From Promethearchaeota archaeon Loki_b31 (GTDB lineage: Archaea > Asgardarchaeota > Lokiarchaeia > Sigyniarchaeales > SOKP01): 54,459 nt of DNA. The notes beneath the pieces were generated by a model. That model made no database searches. It was given only the letters and a program-made list of their open reading frames with translations, and was not told the DNA's origin. Positions 40,813 to 50,139 of the stretch are shown one piece after another. The position numbers and the translations under genes are program-made. Location: contig NJBI01000018.1 of NCBI GenBank assembly GCA_005222975.1, positions 1-54,459 of the forward strand, read 5' to 3'. Numbering within the stretch: the stretch's first letter is position 1; each line of letters opens with the position of its first letter.

Positions 40813-41291
40813 TTAATTCCCTTTTTTTGCTGCCTTCTTAGCTCTGCTATCTAAATATTTTTGTCTCATCTTCTTAGGTTTTGTAGCGTATATAATTAAA
40901 TTTAGTATTGCTTCAAAAAGTAATATAACTCCAGTAACTATATATGAAATCCTACTAATTCTATCTGTAAAAGGATGACTAGCTAGACCAAAAAGCATTG
41001 AAGCCATAATAAATACAAAGATACCAATATTAAGATGGTTTCTAAATAATTTCCCATCTGAAATATCAAGGGTAATGGAAGGTGTGCCAGTCCCTTCTGA
41101 AACAGTTGGTTTTCTATAAGCATAAATGAGAATTATTATACCTAATATCAGAAAAGTTATCCCTATTGCCCAAAAATAGACCGGCATTCCTGGGAAAAAA
41201 AAACAACTGAAATAACCTCAGCAACAAACAGGAGTATAAAAATTATAGCAATTGCTAGAATTCCTTTAGAAATTTCTTGTTTCGCACTCAT
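40813..41291 (-). pseudogene. Membrane protein split by a frameshift in a T9 run
   Basis: ATG 41291 frame MSAKQEISKGILAIAIIFILLFVAEVISVVFF joins the 40813-41187 ORF (PGMPVYFW...) if the T9 run at 41195-41203 is read as T10. Confidence 0.6.
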
Positions 41292-41401
41292 ATCAATCAA
41301 AATCTATTATTATTTTTAAAATTAAAATTAAGATTAACTGAATATTGATTTTTACATATATAAATTTTTTAAAAAAAGAGGTTACCATTAACATCTGAGT
41401 G

Positions 41402-41433
41402 GGGTTATCATTCTCATAATACTATCATAAATA
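41402..41433 (+). repeat. Degenerate copy of repeat B core (GGGTTATCATTCTCATAATACTATC-ATAAATA)
   Basis: Aligns with the starts of the copies at 48452 and 51370. Confidence 0.6.
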
Positions 41434-41451
41434 ATAGAAATTAAAGCAATT

Positions 41452-42438
41452 TTAATAAAATTTTATTGATTTTAAAAATTCAATTCTTTTTGATTTTATT
41501 TTATCCATATCTTCTCCGATCCACATGAAATGGCCTCCATGTGTCACCAATAGCTCAAAATCTTTGAGATTGGTTTCGAGATATTCAGCATTTAACCATT
41601 TAACATCATTATCTTCTTTACTATAGACTAATAAGGATTTTACATTAATATTATCAACTGGAATCTTCTCGATTGATGTTAAGAGTTCTACATCATGATT
41701 AAGACCAAGTTTTCTTAAACTCATTGGAACGGTTGTATCTATTAGTTTTATTAACCACATCCTTCTCTCCTTATCAATTGAAACCAGATCAGTAAATTTC
41801 TTAATTCCTTCCTTGTCAAGTAAAGTTTCCATGCCGATTATACTCTTGAATGCCATCTTGAAAGCTATTTTAATAAATATTACAGTAATCCAGCTCAAGA
41901 AATCTTGTATTTTATTACTCAGAAATAATTTCGCCCAAAATGAATCCATCACTTCCTCACTTGGATTCTCGTATACTGTACTAACACCAGCTTCCATCAC
42001 CAGATCATGAGTTCTCTCGGGGTATTTATTAGCAAAGTTGAGTGCAAGAGGACCACCGGCTGAGTATCCCATGGCAACAACCTTATCGATTGCTAACTTG
42101 TCTAATAATTCCGCATACTGATCAACTTGTTCCTCATAAGATAGAGGAACAAAAGGTGTTCTTAGATATCCGGGCCTTGAAACAACGAGTAATGAATATC
42201 CTTCCTGAATTAGATAATCAAGGAAGAATCCTTGGTCAATTCCTCCGGGTCCTCCATGCATAAAAAATAACACTGGGCCCTCTCCAGTTAGTTTGTAATG
42301 TATTTTCCCCATCGCTGTCTCCATTACTTCTCCATCATCCATTACTCTAATTGCGAATTTTTTCCACCTCTTAAAACCAATTATTAAGAGAATAATGAAA
42401 ACTACTATTACAAGTAATACAAATATTATTATTTGCAT
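41452..42438 (-). CDS. Membrane-anchored alpha/beta hydrolase
   Basis: N-terminal TM, HGGPGG, SRPGY, GYSAGG, D and GGH catalytic motifs. Confidence 0.88.
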   Translation of the reverse strand: MQIIIFVLLVIVVFIILLIIGFKRWKKFAIRVMDDGEVMETAMGKIHYKLTGEGPVLFFMHGGPGGIDQGFFLDYLIQEGYSLLVVSRPGYLRTPFVPLSYEEQVDQYAELLDKLAIDKVVAMGYSAGGPLALNFANKYPERTHDLVMEAGVSTVYENPSEEVMDSFWAKLFLSNKIQDFLSWITVIFIKIAFKMAFKSIIGMETLLDKEGIKKFTDLVSIDKERRMWLIKLIDTTVPMSLRKLGLNHDVELLTSIEKIPVDNINVKSLLVYSKEDNDVKWLNAEYLETNLKDFELLVTHGGHFMWIGEDMDKIKSKRIEFLKSIKFY

Positions 42439-42672
42439 AATAATATATCTTATTGATTATATATTAAAAAAGTATTCCTTGAACATTTACTTTCTAGTCC
42501 GTTAATTAGGGATATAAAAAATAGGAAAGGCTTGGCTTAAAGTATATAAATTTTCATTGAAATTAGACACTAAATTTACCATTCAGGCAAATTAAATGAA
42601 TGGAATAGTGCAAAAATAAAAATTCTTTATTAATAACTCCCGTTCAAACAGAAAAGGAGTTAACGATTATAG

Positions 42673-42873
42673 CACAACTCTATCTTTTGGGATGTACGCC
42701 TTCTAGAAAAACATGGAATAAAAAATTATCCATTTAGCAGCAATAATTTAGTAGATTTAGTATGTGAAGCTCGAAAAGATCCTTTCGAAGAAGTCCAAAT
42801 TAAAGCGACATCTACAATGCCAGTTACATTAATACTTGAATGGACAGGTGGAAAAAAAGAAATAAAAATTTGA
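42673..42873 (+). pseudogene. C-terminal remnant of a GH63-like glycosidase paralogous to 44559-46115
   Basis: FWDVRLLEKHGIKNYPFSSNNLVDLVCEARKDPFEEVQIKATSTMPVTLILEWTGGKKEIKI* aligns with the C-terminus of the intact gene. Confidence 0.8.
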
Positions 42874-43012
42874 TGTAGAATGAATCAAATTTCTGCTATT
42901 TTTCAACTATACTAATATGATCCAACCAATTACTCTTCTAGGGTGGCTCATTAAACGATCATTTATTAAAACATTAAAATTTTTTATTCTATGAATAATG
43001 AGATGAAATAAA

Positions 43013-43093
43013 ATGAGAGAAATAAAATTTCCTGAAGGGTTTATTTGGGGTGCTGCTACGGCTAGTTATCAGAACAATATTAGAATGGTTTAA
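43013..43093 (+). pseudogene. N-terminal remnant of a GH1 beta-glucosidase
   Basis: MREIKFPEGFIWGAATASYQ followed by unrelated NNIRMV*; the stop abuts the MFS ATG. Confidence 0.8.
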
Positions 43094-44488
43094 ATGTCAG
43101 AAAAAAAGGATACGGGTCAGCAAGAAAGAGATATTACGGTCCATAAAGTTCCATTTAGTCAAAAGGCTTATTACGGAATTTCAATAGCAGGATTTACATT
43201 TATAGGGAGCATGATAGATGGAGCCATGTTAAAATATTATACCGACTTTATATTATTTCCCGCTCTTCTGTTTGGATTCGCGCAATTAATTTTTGCAATA
43301 ACAAATGCACTTAATGATCCAATAATCGGGTATTTTTCAGATAGAACAATACCTGTTGAAGGGAAAGGAAAAAGAAAAATTTGGTTATTTAGATCCATTC
43401 CTCTGGTGGCTATTGGATATTTTTTAATGATTTTCATGAACCCCGATGTTCCTCACATAGCGATCTTTATTATGATATTTATTGGCCTAACTATTCACGA
43501 CACTGGGCATGCTATGTTTTCTATCAATAGGGGATCCCTTTTGATTACGGTTACGGATGACGATAATGAGAGAGCTTTGCTTGTAACGGTAAGCTTAATA
43601 TTCCAAACAATTTTAGGTATTTTTTCTTACCTGTTAATATTGATTTTTCTTACTGGAACTACTCCTTTACCAGTCCTCTATATTATGTTTGCTATTGTGG
43701 GAGTTATTGGTGTTGGTATTGCAATTTTAGGCGTGAAGGGAATAAAAGAACCTCCCAAATTATACAGCGGACAAACATTTCCAAAATTAAATCAACTAAT
43801 AAAAGATGTTTTTAAATCTAAAACGTTTATTTTTTATATCATTTTTCAATTTGTAATGGGCGCCGTTTCCTCAACAGTTATAACCTTTCAGCTTTTTTAT
43901 TTTGAAGATGTTATTAAAGCTACGGGAACTGAAGTTGCTTTGGCAAGTGGTCTTACATTACCCTTTACTTTTCTCGCATATTACTTGGTACAAGTCATCA
44001 CTAAGAAATTTGGCGCAAGGAAAACCCTTTTGATATTCATAACGATAAGCATTATTGCATTTCTTGGTCTTTTATTAACCAGAATTTTTGTATTATCAAT
44101 AATATTTTACATGATTGTTAACATGGGAAATGCAGCCTTTTGGATCCTTTCTACGCCCATTTTTGGAAATGTTATTGATGAATACGAATTAAAGACAGGA
44201 AATAGAAATGAAGGAACTTTCATGGGAATCAACGCAATTTTTATAACACCAAACAAACAGGGCATGATTTTTCTCTTTACTTTGATCATTACTTTTATGG
44301 GATATAATGGAGCGGTTGAATTCCAAACCGACAGCGCAGTTCTTGGTATTCAACTTGGAGTTGCGCTTGTTCCAATCATCTTATTGATTATTGGATTTCT
44401 AATTTTACTCTTCTTTCCATTACGTGGTGAAAAACTCGCTGAAGTAAAGAAAGAGATTAAAAAAATATATGATAAAAGATTGGAGTAA
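43094..44488 (+). CDS. MFS sugar transporter, GPH family
   Basis: NALNDPIIGYFSDR and VIDEYELKTG.R.EG motifs; about 12 TM. Confidence 0.88.
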   Translation: MSEKKDTGQQERDITVHKVPFSQKAYYGISIAGFTFIGSMIDGAMLKYYTDFILFPALLFGFAQLIFAITNALNDPIIGYFSDRTIPVEGKGKRKIWLFRSIPLVAIGYFLMIFMNPDVPHIAIFIMIFIGLTIHDTGHAMFSINRGSLLITVTDDDNERALLVTVSLIFQTILGIFSYLLILIFLTGTTPLPVLYIMFAIVGVIGVGIAILGVKGIKEPPKLYSGQTFPKLNQLIKDVFKSKTFIFYIIFQFVMGAVSSTVITFQLFYFEDVIKATGTEVALASGLTLPFTFLAYYLVQVITKKFGARKTLLIFITISIIAFLGLLLTRIFVLSIIFYMIVNMGNAAFWILSTPIFGNVIDEYELKTGNRNEGTFMGINAIFITPNKQGMIFLFTLIITFMGYNGAVEFQTDSAVLGIQLGVALVPIILLIIGFLILLFFPLRGEKLAEVKKEIKKIYDKRLE

Positions 44489-44558
44489 AAGACGGGAAGT
44501 TGATTAAAAATGGTGGAATTGAAAAAATAATCCCGGGATTTCTGTAAATGTTTACGAT

Positions 44559-46115
44559 TTGATTTTAATGACAAAAATAAAATTTAAGGATCTGCAAGAA
44601 GAAGAAGATATTTTGAATACTGATGTAAGGAATAGATTAGTAAAACGAAACCGTTTCTTGAAAAGGGAACCTGAGGATGAACCATTGTCTTTATTCCCGG
44701 AAATTCAACATATGTTACCTCAACCTATTTGGGACGGTCATCAAGATGTTTTAGAATGTTATTGGAAAACATGGGAACTTGCCTTTTCAAATTTAAAGAA
44801 ACCTGAACAAAAGAGTGGTTTTATTACGAATTTTATCGATACTGCGTTCAATACAGATATTTTTATGTGGGACTCTGCCTTTATTGTAATGTTTGGCCGT
44901 TATGGATCTCGTGCATTTAATTTTCAAAAAACTCTGGATAATTTTTACTCACATCAACATCCTGACGGATATATCTGTAGACAAATCAGACGAAAGGATG
45001 GAGCAGAACGCCATACGAAATTTGAGGTAAGCAGTACAGGACCTAATATACTCCCATGGGCCGAATGGGAATACTTTTTAAATTCAGGCGACCTTGGGCG
45101 TTTAGCCGAAGTTTTTTATCCTCTTTTAGCATATTATCAATGGTTTCGAAGGTGGCGAAGTTGGCAAAACGGCACATATTTCTCATCAGGATGGGGTTGT
45201 GGAATGGATAATCAACCGAGACTTCCCGTTAAGAATACAGATCGGTTTTGGTTACATGGTCATATGTCTTGGATTGATACGACATTACAGCAAATATTTT
45301 CCGGTTCAATCTTAATCAATATGGCAGAATTGTTAGATGAACTAAAAAAGGTTAAGGATATAGAAATTGAAATCAGTGAATTACGCACCTTTGTAAATAA
45401 TAAAATGTGGGACGAATACAGCTCCTTTTATTACGATCGCTTTAAGGATGGGACTTTATCAGATGTGAAAACAATTGGTGCTTATTGGGCATTGTTGGCA
45501 AACATTGTTCCAAAAGAGAGAATTTTCGCATTCATTGAACACCTCAGCAATCCAAAAGAATTTAATCGCCCACACAGAATTCCATCATTGTCCGCTGATC
45601 ATAAATCATATCACCCTAAAGGTGCTTATTGGCTAGGTGGCGTATGGGCTCCTACAAACTACATGGTATTGCGAGGTTTAAATCTCGTCGGAGAGAATAG
45701 TTTAGCACACGAAATTGCTCTCAATCACTTGGATAATGTAGTTCATGTTTATAAGGACACTCAGACTGTTTGGGAGAATTATGCTCCAGAAAGTAAAGCC
45801 CCCGGTAGTGTTGCTAAAGATGACTTCGTAGGTTGGACAGGATTAGTTCCTGTTAGTGTTTTATTCGAAAATGTATTTGGAATTCGTCCGAATGTTCCTA
45901 AGAATCAACTTTTTTGGGATGTTCGGCTTCTGGAAAGACATGGAATAAAAAATTACCCTTTTGGTCAAAAAAATTTAATAGATTTAGAATGTGAAGCTCG
46001 AAAAGATGCTTCTGAAGAAGTTAAAATTAATGCAAAATCTTCTGCGCCAATATCATTAATAATTAAATGGATGGGTGGAAAAAAAGAAATGAAAATTCAA
46101 CTCGAAATTCAATGA
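44559..46115 (+). CDS. Glycoside hydrolase, GH63/MGH1-like (alpha/alpha)6 family
   Basis: FMWDS, GMDNQPR, YWLGGVW.P, WENY.P, FVGWT motifs. Confidence 0.8.
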   Translation: MILMTKIKFKDLQEEEDILNTDVRNRLVKRNRFLKREPEDEPLSLFPEIQHMLPQPIWDGHQDVLECYWKTWELAFSNLKKPEQKSGFITNFIDTAFNTDIFMWDSAFIVMFGRYGSRAFNFQKTLDNFYSHQHPDGYICRQIRRKDGAERHTKFEVSSTGPNILPWAEWEYFLNSGDLGRLAEVFYPLLAYYQWFRRWRSWQNGTYFSSGWGCGMDNQPRLPVKNTDRFWLHGHMSWIDTTLQQIFSGSILINMAELLDELKKVKDIEIEISELRTFVNNKMWDEYSSFYYDRFKDGTLSDVKTIGAYWALLANIVPKERIFAFIEHLSNPKEFNRPHRIPSLSADHKSYHPKGAYWLGGVWAPTNYMVLRGLNLVGENSLAHEIALNHLDNVVHVYKDTQTVWENYAPESKAPGSVAKDDFVGWTGLVPVSVLFENVFGIRPNVPKNQLFWDVRLLERHGIKNYPFGQKNLIDLECEARKDASEEVKINAKSSAPISLIIKWMGGKKEMKIQLEIQ

Positions 46116-46126
46116 AACGAAAAAAA

Positions 46127-47501
46127 ATGAAAGAAATTAAATTTCCTAAAGGATTTATTTGGGGAGCGGCAACTTCAAGCTATCAGATTGAAGGTGCGTG
46201 GAACGAAGATGGTAAGGGAGAAAGTGTGTGGGATGCCATCTGTCATACAACAAGCATAATACACGATGGTGATACTGGCGATATTGCATGCGATTATTAC
46301 CATCGATATAAGGAAGACATCCAGTTGATGAAAGAAATGAACCTTCAAGCTTATAGATTTTCGGTGTCATGGCCTCGTATTTTTCCAACTGGTAAGGGAA
46401 AGGTAAATTCCAAAGGGGTCGAGTTTTACGATAATTTAATTAACGAACTAATCGCTAACGATATAGAACCATTCGTCACGCTTTATCATTGGGATTTACC
46501 CCTTGAATTTAATAAAATAGGAGCATGGGAAAACCATGTGGTTGTAGACGCATTTGTTGATTACGCAAGGTTCATGTTTGATCATTTTGGTAATCGCGTG
46601 AAGAAATGGATTACTTTTAACGAGCCATTGGTTTTTGCTGTATTGTTGTATTTTCTTGGTCTTTACGGTAAGAAGGATATTGCTTCAGGAATGCGTGCTA
46701 CTCACCTCGTCAATGTAACACACGCAAAAGCTATAGAGGCATATCGAGATTCTAATAATGCAGACGATCTTAATTGGCATGACCCTTAATTTAAATTCGG
46801 TATATCCTAAAACGGGCTCATCGTTGGATAAGGAGGGTGCAACTATCGTTGACGGTATCACGAATCGTTGGTTTTTAGATCCCATCTTTAAGGGTGAATA
46901 TCCGAGTGATACTTTAGCTCTTCTCGAGAAATATTTTAGTTTTCCTTCAATTCCAGACGAAGATTTACAATTACTTAAAGATAATCCGTTAGATTTTTTG
47001 GGCATTAATAACTAATCGTGTACTCGCATAAGTTTAAAGAAACCCATTAAAAAAACTACAGATTTTTACAAGATACTTTTACCAAGTAAACCAGAAAAAG
47101 GAGTTGAAGTATCAGATGTGGGTTGGGAAGTATATCCTGATGGATTATACGATCTTCTAAAGCGGGTGGACAGGAATTACGATCTTCCTCTTATTTACAT
47201 AACAGAAAATGGGATGGCATGTAGAGACGACAACATCGTTGATAAAGTGGTACAAGACGACGATCGCTTGAGTTATCTCCAGCGTTATTTTAAAGCCGTA
47301 AATAGAGCCATAAATGAGGGGGTGAATTTAAAGGGTTATTTTGTTTGGTCATTGATGGACAATTTCGAATGGATAGAAGGGTATTCCAAGCGTTTTGGGA
47401 TAATTAGGGTTGATTACGAAACACAAGAAAGAATGTGGAAGAAAAATTCTCTTTGGTATCGAGATGTAATAGCGAAAAATGGTTTTGATTTTCAAAGTTA
47501 A
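46127..47501 (+). pseudogene. GH1 beta-glucosidase disrupted by a frameshift (~46770) and an in-frame TAA (47013-47015)
   Basis: Three consecutive fragments carry FIWGAATSSYQIEG, TFNEP, DFLGIN, YITENG and WSLMDNFEW. Confidence 0.85.
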
Positions 47502-47578
47502 ACCAATAATAAATAAATTTAATTTCCATAAATTCGAAAATCATAACTTTTATGAAGTTCATAGAAGTGAAAAACAAC

Positions 47579-47612
47579 TTATTTCGTCCATCAATAGTTA
47601 AATTTTAATTTA
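47579..47612 (+). repeat. Direct repeat A, left copy
   Basis: TTATTTCGTCCATCAATAGTTAAATTTTAATTTA, 32/34 identical to 48392-48425. Confidence 0.8.
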
Positions 47613-47623
47613 TAAATAATCAT

Positions 47624-47818
47624 ATGAATATTATGCCATCTGTAAAAAACGCAGTAATTGATTTCATTAAAAATTTACCGGATGATCTAACCGTGGAAGA
47701 GATTGCGTATAAACTATATCTCGATGAAAGAATTAATAAAGCCCAAAAGCAAATGAAAGAAGGAAATTATTTAACTCACGAAGAAGCTAAAGAACGACTG
47801 AAAAAATGGTTGATATAA
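47624..47818 (+). CDS. Putative antitoxin of a RelE/ParE module
   Basis: 64 aa, LPDD.T.EEI.Y.LY...I and THEEAK.RL..W pattern; overlaps the toxin. Confidence 0.75.
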   Translation: MNIMPSVKNAVIDFIKNLPDDLTVEEIAYKLYLDERINKAQKQMKEGNYLTHEEAKERLKKWLI

Positions 47819-48090
47819 GATGGTCAATAGGAGCATTAGAAGATATAGAATCTATTTCTTCATATATTTCTCAGGATTTTCCAGAAAAAGCTAGTGAGAT
47901 TGTTAGAGGAATTATCGAGAAGATTGAACAATTGAAACGATTTCCTAAGCTTGGTCGCAAATTTCCAGACCGAGACGATGAGAGAATTAGAGAGACTATT
48001 TTTAAAAAGTATAGAATTGTCTATGAAATTAAGGAAGAAATTGTAGAAATCCTTGTGATTGCTCATGGGAGCAGATTACTAAAATTATAA
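47806..48090 (+). CDS. RelE/ParE family toxin
   Basis: IRWS..A.EDI..I..YI, L..FP.LGR, YRIVY, I.HGSR motifs. Confidence 0.88.
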   Translation: MVDIRWSIGALEDIESISSYISQDFPEKASEIVRGIIEKIEQLKRFPKLGRKFPDRDDERIRETIFKKYRIVYEIKEEIVEILVIAHGSRLLKL

Positions 48091-48143
48091 CGATAGAGTT
48101 TAATTCTAATTAACTTATAATAAACCATAAAGGAGGGAAAAAA

Positions 48144-48329
48144 ATGTTATATGATATTGAAAATCTATTAAAAGAAGCTAAACTGTCAGAAAAGGAAAAA
48201 AATAAGATAATTACTGAATTAAGAGAGGAATTCCCTCAAGATGAGATGCTTTTTGAATTGCATCTTTACCGTGTAATTCAGTACTTGAAAAAACAGAAAA
48301 TGAAAAAATCTGTTAATCCTGCTCTATAA
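48144..48329 (+). CDS. Small hypothetical protein (61 aa)
   Basis: AGGAGG SD upstream; helical, EEFPQDEMLFELH motif. Confidence 0.7.
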   Translation: MLYDIENLLKEAKLSEKEKNKIITELREEFPQDEMLFELHLYRVIQYLKKQKMKKSVNPAL

Positions 48330-48391
48330 GAATATTTGTTATTAATAATATACCTTATATAATGCAAATCTTAAAAAATTTATTAGAATTA

Positions 48392-48425
48392 TTATTTCTT
48401 CCATCAATAGTTAAATCTTAATTTA
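48392..48425 (+). repeat. Direct repeat A, right copy
   Basis: TTATTTCTTCCATCAATAGTTAAATCTTAATTTA. Confidence 0.8.
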
Positions 48426-48451
48426 CATTTTTCATGCTTGAACTTATAAGC

Positions 48452-48566
48452 GGGCTGTCATTCCCATAATACTACCAATAAATATTATTACAAATCCCAA
48501 ATTAATTATTATAATAATGTAAAAAACACTATTAGAATGGTTTGTATTTATGAAGAAAAAGAAAGT
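48452..48566 (+). repeat. Direct repeat B: copy of the upstream region and first codons of the COG2403 gene
   Basis: Ungapped 115-bp match to 51370-51484 with 14 mismatches by hand count, ending ATG AAG AAA AAG A. Confidence 0.9.
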
Positions 48567-48585
48567 AAAAATTGTTTTGTTCTTA

Positions 48586-49956
48586 TTATTTTGCTAAACC
48601 TAAATATTCTAAAGCTTTATTCTTAATTCTCTCCATCGTGGGTGTATCTGTAGTTTCTTCTAAGTAATTAATTGTAAAGGTTAATTTTCCAGCGACTGTT
48701 ACTGCCGGAATAACCAGTTCGATGTACGGAGTACCTGATGTAATAAAGATAAAACGATCCAATTCTAACGAACCATACTTAGTAGGGTAATCTAATTGAC
48801 CCAAATTCGTTACTGCTAATCCAGGCATGCTTGGAATTTGTTTTTTTGCCCGTTTATTAACTATATTTTTTTCATCGTTGCTAAAGGCATGAATTTTTTC
48901 ATATCTACTGAAATTCGAGGGTACATTTTTGCCCATAAAGCTGAATGATCTAGCGTCTACAAGAGTTTTATCAATGAGGCTTGTTATAGCTGCAAATTTA
49001 AATACTTTGTTAATATTGAGTTTTTCTCTTACTTTATTTCCGAATGTCTTAGCGTTCTCCCAAAAATCTTTTTTTGGATTATAAGATAATTTAAATTGAA
49101 ATCCAGCTATGTAAAGTCCAAAATGTTCGCCTACAGGTTTTCTATATCGTTTGCGTGTATTCACCGGTAACAAAATATTTTGCCTTCCTCCTTTGAATGG
49201 ACCTCGGATCGAGCGTCGTGCTGCTAGAAACGCAGTGTTAAGAGCTGAATTCACTGTTACTCCTTGTTGATGGCATTTTTCAACGAGATCTGATGTTTCT
49301 TTTTCATTCAATTCCACTGAAATAATATTGAAATTAAAACTATCCCAATATGCCCTAAAGATATTATCCTCATCCTCCTCGTCGAAAATAACTTTTACAT
49401 TTTGCCATTTTTTGTTCATAGTATTAATTGCAAACATTATAGCTTTTCCAATCGTGACATTCGTTGGGAAGTTTTCAAGGGTTGCTAACGGGGGTTCTGA
49501 CAATTCTTGAGTCTCTCGACCTGGATTTCCTATGTATAATAAGAGATCTCGAGCTAAAATGGCTAAAGAGGTTCCATCACATATTGCGTGATGACAAATG
49601 ATAATAATTTCAGAAATTTCGGGTGATTGTAATAATACAAAGCGGACTAATGGTCCTTTTTCTAGCTCAAAACGGATTTTATAATCATTCAAGAGTTCAT
49701 GATACCAATCTTTATCTGATTTACGTTGTATTACTCTAAATGGATTTACAGGAACATTCTCCGAAGTATACCAAGCATCATAATTTTCATCAAGATAAAT
49801 TCGAGCTCCCACCAATGGGTGCTGTTGCCTTACTTTATTTAATGCAATTCTTAAATCTTCTTCTGAGATAAATCCTTTGACTCGAGCGACTATAGATATT
49901 GTACTAGTAGGTGCCCTAAAGAATCTCCTCTCAAAAGAGTTTAATTTTCTTTTCAA
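48586..49956 (-). CDS. Condensation-domain acyltransferase (PapA5 / alcohol acetyltransferase-like)
   Basis: HHAICDG (HHxxxDG), GPLVRF, PVNTR, TNLG motifs; probable true start ATT 49974. Confidence 0.82.
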   Translation of the reverse strand: MKRKLNSFERRFFRAPTSTISIVARVKGFISEEDLRIALNKVRQQHPLVGARIYLDENYDAWYTSENVPVNPFRVIQRKSDKDWYHELLNDYKIRFELEKGPLVRFVLLQSPEISEIIIICHHAICDGTSLAILARDLLLYIGNPGRETQELSEPPLATLENFPTNVTIGKAIMFAINTMNKKWQNVKVIFDEEDEDNIFRAYWDSFNFNIISVELNEKETSDLVEKCHQQGVTVNSALNTAFLAARRSIRGPFKGGRQNILLPVNTRKRYRKPVGEHFGLYIAGFQFKLSYNPKKDFWENAKTFGNKVREKLNINKVFKFAAITSLIDKTLVDARSFSFMGKNVPSNFSRYEKIHAFSNDEKNIVNKRAKKQIPSMPGLAVTNLGQLDYPTKYGSLELDRFIFITSGTPYIELVIPAVTVAGKLTFTINYLEETTDTPTMERIKNKALEYLGLAK

Positions 49957-49998
49957 TTTTTTAGATTGGGTAATTTTTTACACCTCATATTTTATTCT

Positions 49999-50100
49999 TT
50001 CATTGATTCTGAACTTTCAGAAAAAGTGAAAGTCAAGATATAATAAATATTTTGAGTATAAAAAAGTTTTCATTATTTGTGAAATTTCACATTTTGTAAA
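49999..50100. promoter_or_regulatory. Two tandem pairs of TTCA-N7-TGAA boxes in a divergent promoter
   Basis: Boxes at 49999-50013, 50016-50030, 50069-50083 and 50086-50100 (last one ends TAAA); 2-bp gap within each pair. Confidence 0.65.
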
Positions 50101-50139
50101 AAGCTTTTTATATTAGAAAAACTATATTATCATTAAGAA

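Noticed and set aside
47013-47015. Stop-codon readthrough in GH1
   Set aside because: TAA at a Tyr position, and the gene also has a frameshift; simple decay is more likely.
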